Origin: an uncultured Desulfarculus sp.
GTDB taxonomy: Bacteria; Desulfobacterota; Desulfarculia; Desulfarculales; Desulfarculaceae
Assembly: GCA_963665125.2 (NCBI GenBank)
Contig: CAXXUK010000002.1
Location: 1,152,001-1,216,000 of the forward strand
Direction of reading: 5' to 3'
DNA length: 64,000 nt
Positions 59,229 to 64,000 of this stretch are shown here, piece after piece. A program made the translations under genes and the position numbers. Below the pieces are notes generated by a model. It was not told the DNA's origin. It did not search any database and saw only the letters and a list, made by a program, of their open reading frames with translations. Numbering within the stretch: position 1 is the stretch's first letter; every line of letters begins with the position of its first letter.

Positions 59229-60065
59229 GTGGAGCCTCTAAGAATAAGCATCACTGACGCGCAATATAAAAAACTGGCTCAGCTTGTCTATAGCCTTTCC
59301 GGCATAAATCTTGGCGACGGTAAAAAGGAACTGCTCAAGGCCCGCTTGGCCAAACGGATGAGAACGACCGGCATCCGAAATGTCGGCGAGTTTATCAGCC
59401 GCCTGGAAAAAGACAATTCCGGCGAAGAACTTATCGGATTTCTTGATTGCATCACCACAAACAAAACCGATTTTTACCGCGAACCGCAGCACTTCGATTT
59501 TTTGACCAGCGATGTGCTGCCCGGTCTGGATAAACTTTGCGGTCCCAATGGAAAATTCAACATGTGGTGCGCGGCCGCTTCGACCGGTGAAGAGCCGTAT
59601 ACCTTGGCTATCACCCTCATGGAAGGTCAGCAATACTGGGCGCGCAGGGGAGTGGCCTTTTGGGCCTCCGATATCGATACCCAAGTGCTCAAACATGCCC
59701 AACGGGGAGTTTACTCCCAAGACCGCGTGGCCGGAATTCCCCGCAGCATTTTGACCAAGTATTTTCAAAGGGGCTCGAATCGTTGGGCCGGCCATGTCCG
59801 GGTAAAGGCTCCTCTGCGCGACATGATTGAATTTCGCAAGATAAACCTTATGGACGCCTTTGGGTTTGATGGTAACCTGCATGTTATATTTTGTCGTAAC
59901 GTGATGATTTATTTTGACAAACCTACACAACAGCGCCTGGTTGAGAAGTTTTACAACTGTTTGTGCAAAGGTGGATATCTTTTTGTCGGGCATTCGGAGA
60001 GCCTGACCGGCATTAAGCATCGGCTTCGTTTTGTCCGCCCTGCCATTTACCGTAAGGAGTCTTGA
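59229..60065 (+). CDS. cheR: Chemotaxis methyltransferase CheR
   Basis: TTNKTDFYRE, AASTGEEPY, IFCRNVMIYF, GHSESL. Confidence 0.95.
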   Translation: MEPLRISITDAQYKKLAQLVYSLSGINLGDGKKELLKARLAKRMRTTGIRNVGEFISRLEKDNSGEELIGFLDCITTNKTDFYREPQHFDFLTSDVLPGLDKLCGPNGKFNMWCAAASTGEEPYTLAITLMEGQQYWARRGVAFWASDIDTQVLKHAQRGVYSQDRVAGIPRSILTKYFQRGSNRWAGHVRVKAPLRDMIEFRKINLMDAFGFDGNLHVIFCRNVMIYFDKPTQQRLVEKFYNCLCKGGYLFVGHSESLTGIKHRLRFVRPAIYRKES

Positions 60066-60066
60066 T

Positions 60067-60552
60067 TTGGCCGGTAGAATCGCAGTTGGCGTTGGAGACT
60101 TGGCGGTCTCCAAGGACAAGAGGGACGAGATAGTCACATATTCCCTTGGATCCTGCATTGCCGTGATCATACATGATGCCAAGGCCGGCGTGGGGGGGTT
60201 GTTGCACCTTATGTTGCCCACCTCTACTCTAAACCCGCAGAGGGCGGCATCCCAGCCTGCCGTATTTGCCGACACCGGCCTGCCAAGACTGTTCCGCAGC
60301 GCCTATGATTTGGGCGCTGTAAAAGGGCGAATGAAAGTGGTGTTGGTCGGCGGTAGTCAAGTCTTGGACGAGGGGGGCCACTTCAACATTGGTAAGCGCA
60401 ACTATGCGGCAGTTAGAAAAATATTGTACCGCAACAATGTTCTTGTGGATAAAGAAGACGTTGGCGGAAACGTCAATCGCACTGTTGGGCTGCGCGTCGA
60501 CACCGGTGAGATTTGGATGAAAGTCAACGGCGGCAATTTGAGGAAGCTGTGA
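60067..60552 (+). CDS. cheD: Chemoreceptor glutamine deamidase CheD
   Basis: TYSLGSCIAV, HLMLP, NIGKRN, EDVGG. Start reassigned to TTG after AAGGAG. Confidence 0.92.
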   Translation: MAGRIAVGVGDLAVSKDKRDEIVTYSLGSCIAVIIHDAKAGVGGLLHLMLPTSTLNPQRAASQPAVFADTGLPRLFRSAYDLGAVKGRMKVVLVGGSQVLDEGGHFNIGKRNYAAVRKILYRNNVLVDKEDVGGNVNRTVGLRVDTGEIWMKVNGGNLRKL

Positions 60553-61400
60553 GTCTGGTCAAGGAAATACTGGCCAAAGCCGAAAATTTGCCGGCCATAC
60601 CGGCAATCGTGCAACAGGTGTTGGGCCTTGTCCAAGATCCTGATTTTGAATTTTCACGGCTTATTGATACCGTGAAGATGGATCCGGGAATCACGGCTCA
60701 TGTGTTGCGCATGGCAAACTCGCCGTTTTACGGGCTGAGGCAAAAAATATCGTCTTTGGATCAGGCGCTGGCTTTGTTGGGAACACGCAACCTTGTGGAA
60801 ATCGTGCTCAGCGCCCAGGTGGTCAAGTTTTACCAAGTCGACCAAGATGGCTACCGCCTGGCCAGGGGCGATCTGTGGCGCCATTGCATGGCCACGGCGC
60901 TATTGGCCAACAAAATCGGCGCAATGATAAAGTTCGGTGAAACGGCGACTCTGTTCACGGCGGCCCTGTTGCACGATGTGGGCAAGTTGATACTCAGCCA
61001 GTATGTCGGTGGCCGCTACGAAGCGATAGAAAAACTCGTGGAACAGGGCGGCAAGAGTTTCGTGGAGGCCGAACGCGAGGTGCTCGGAGTCGATCACGCC
61101 CTGTTGGGCGGTGTGGTGGCCAGGCATTGGAATTTTCCAGAGTCGATTGTTACGGCCATAGCGTTTCATCACATGCCGGAAAGATCGTCCAAACACAAGC
61201 AAATGACCGGTTTGGTGGCCTTGGCCAACATATTGGCCCTTTCCATGGGCATGGGCGGCGGCGCGGACGGGTTGGCCTTGCCCCTGAGCGCCGGCCTGTT
61301 CGAACTGGCGGGTGTCAAGGCCCGGGAAATCGACAAGCTCGCCTTGGAAATAAAGGACATCAATGATCAGGCCGACGAATTGTTGTCCATGGCTAATTGA
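60549..61400 (+). CDS. HDOD-domain protein
   Basis: LPAIP, DPGITAHVLRMANS, LWRHC, ALLHDVGK, DHA..G..VARHWNFP. Confidence 0.9.
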   Translation: MSLVKEILAKAENLPAIPAIVQQVLGLVQDPDFEFSRLIDTVKMDPGITAHVLRMANSPFYGLRQKISSLDQALALLGTRNLVEIVLSAQVVKFYQVDQDGYRLARGDLWRHCMATALLANKIGAMIKFGETATLFTAALLHDVGKLILSQYVGGRYEAIEKLVEQGGKSFVEAEREVLGVDHALLGGVVARHWNFPESIVTAIAFHHMPERSSKHKQMTGLVALANILALSMGMGGGADGLALPLSAGLFELAGVKAREIDKLALEIKDINDQADELLSMAN

Positions 61401-61431
61401 GTGATAAGGGGGGGAAGGACAGTTATCAGAT

Positions 61432-61851
61432 ATGGCTTTGCGCGTACTAATAGTCGATGATTCGGCGGCCATGCGGGCCATGGTTAAAAAAACCCTTAAG
61501 GCTGCCGGGTTTTCCCTGGAATCATGCCTGGAGGGTGCCAATGGCCTCGAGGCGTTGGATATTTTGCATAACAATGAAGTAGATGTCGTCCTGAGCGATT
61601 TGCATATGCCGGAGATGGACGGGTTGCAACTGTTGGAAGCCCTGCAAAAGGAAGGCATGGTTCCCAAATGTTTCATCCTGGTGACCACTGAGGGACGAAA
61701 GGAAAAGCTTCGTCAGGCTCTTGCCTTTGGCGCGCGCGGCTATGTGCTTAAACCGTTCCAGCCGGAAGGCCTGCGTAAGATCCTTAGCTTATTTGTTGGA
61801 GAACCCGATGGAGACGAATTGGAGCTCAGCCCTGAAGGACTCGATTTCTGA
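61432..61851 (+). CDS. cheY: CheY-like response regulator
   Basis: VLIVDDS, DLHMPEMDG, VTTE, KPF. Confidence 0.88.
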   Translation: MALRVLIVDDSAAMRAMVKKTLKAAGFSLESCLEGANGLEALDILHNNEVDVVLSDLHMPEMDGLQLLEALQKEGMVPKCFILVTTEGRKEKLRQALAFGARGYVLKPFQPEGLRKILSLFVGEPDGDELELSPEGLDF

Positions 61852-62281
61852 GGTCTTCAGCACATCTTTTTTCCTGGTGCCGGAATCTTATCCCGATCCG
61901 CCGGAGACGGCCCACCAAATGAGCGCCGCTGGTTGGTTTGAAGGTTATCTCGACTTCAACCGCGACGCACAGACGGTCCGTATCTGGGTGTGGACACCCA
62001 AAAGGATCGCCGTGGAACTGGCGGCGAACATCTTTGCCTGTGATCCGGATGAAGTGGACACGGAGCAGGTGCTTGACGCCTTCCGGGAAATGATCAATAT
62101 GGTCAGCGGAAATTTGCTCACCGTGGTCGATACTGAAAGCGCCTGGAAAATGGGTTTGCCCAATGCCAATGTGCTGGCTTCGGGTACGGTGGGCCAGGCT
62201 GTGGGCGCGGCTGAGTGGGACATGCTTTTTGATATAGAAGGGTCCCCCATTGTCGCTGGATGGAAGATGTTCACCAAGTAA
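61808..62281 (+). CDS. CheX/CheC-like phosphatase
   Basis: ExxN motif in DAFREMINMVSGN; position in the che cluster. Confidence 0.7.
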   Translation: METNWSSALKDSISEVFSTSFFLVPESYPDPPETAHQMSAAGWFEGYLDFNRDAQTVRIWVWTPKRIAVELAANIFACDPDEVDTEQVLDAFREMINMVSGNLLTVVDTESAWKMGLPNANVLASGTVGQAVGAAEWDMLFDIEGSPIVAGWKMFTK

Positions 62282-62307
62282 GCCTGCCGGTTGCCGTTTT
62301 GGCGTGA

Positions 62308-63390
<1,083 letters not shown>

Positions 63391-63419
63391 TCAGACATCA
63401 AGATCAACCGCCTGAAACG

Positions 63420-63453
63420 AAAAGGCCGCCGGAATCGGCGGCCTCTTTTTTTT
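63420..63453. terminator. Bidirectional rho-independent terminator
   Basis: AAAAGGCCGCCG-GAAT-CGGCGGCCT followed by C and a T run. Confidence 0.85.
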
Positions 63454-64000
63454 ACATGGCGCTGGGCTTGCCCCTGGCGATGATAAAATCCCGGTACCAA
63501 TTCCAAAGATTTTCCAGGCCCTGGTTCACCGAAACCGTGGGCTCATAGCCCAGCAGGCTGCGGGCCTTGTCGATGTTGGCGTAGGTGTAGGGCACGTCGG
63601 CCTTCATCATCGGGGCCGGGTCCAGATGGGCCTTCTTGCCGCTCAACTCTTCCAGCGTGCCGATGAAATCAGCAAGCAGGATCGGCTCGCCCCGGCCGAT
63701 GTTGAAGGCCTCGAAGCCCAGAGGCGTGTCCACGGCCTTGATTGAACCCTGGACGATATCGTCAATATAGGTCCAGTCCCGGTGCATCTGACCGTTGTTG
63801 AATAGAACGACCTTGCGGCCGAAATGCATGTTGTCCAGGACCTTGAGGGCCATCATGTCCGGCCTGCCCCACGGACCATACACGGTGAAATAGCGGAGGG
63901 CGTTGCAGTTCATGCCGTGCAGGTGATGATAGCTGTAGGCCAACAGCTCGGTGGCCCGTTTGCTGGCCGCGTAGGGGGCCAGGGGATGGTCGCACATGTC
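63452..64000 (-). CDS. NAD-dependent epimerase/dehydratase (UDP-glucuronate 4-epimerase-like), 5' part outside the window
   Basis: YAASK, LRYFTVYGPWGRPDM, RDWTYIDD. Confidence 0.88.
   Translation of the reverse strand, partial: DMCDHPLAPYAASKRATELLAYSYHHLHGMNCNALRYFTVYGPWGRPDMMALKVLDNMHFGRKVVLFNNGQMHRDWTYIDDIVQGSIKAVDTPLGFEAFNIGRGEPILLADFIGTLEELSGKKAHLDPAPMMKADVPYTYANIDKARSLLGYEPTVSVNQGLENLWNWYRDFIIARGKPSAM

Overview
Bacterial chromosomal window; gene content suggests a deltaproteobacterial (Desulfobacterota-like) host, which is an inference. It has two halves. (1) About 1-26.3 kb is a visibly more AT-rich surface-polysaccharide island. It carries a wbpE/wbpA/wbpB-wbpD fusion/wbpI-type diacetamido-uronic acid pathway, two GT4 glycosyltransferases, and a divergent nonulosonic-acid-like module (NeuA-like, NeuB-like, an APH/choline-kinase-fold kinase, an N-acetyl sugar amidotransferase and two HP-motif transferase-like proteins). 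The island is riddled with insertion sequences: three 1285-bp copies of one IS3-family element with AG...CT ends, each sitting in or next to another IS3-family element; two decayed copies of a related element; an IS407-group element; and IS3, IS21 and IS110 remnants. (2) About 26.3-64 kb is GC-rich core genome: an MCP, a PrmA-like methyltransferase, a tandem HesB/IscA pair whose first member reads through an in-frame UGA (probable selenoprotein missed by the ORF track), a radical SAM-unknown-ubiE/menG operon, a ParB-like/DUF2080-like/GNAT/small Cys-protein locus, a sigma54-promoter orphan gene, the dcw cluster (mraZ to ftsZ, minus strand), HU, and a cheA-W-R-D-HDOD-Y-X-B cluster whose CheA contains a tandem MshEN-like motif. 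No rRNA, tRNA or CRISPR array was seen. Family assignments come from motif recognition by eye, not from database searches.
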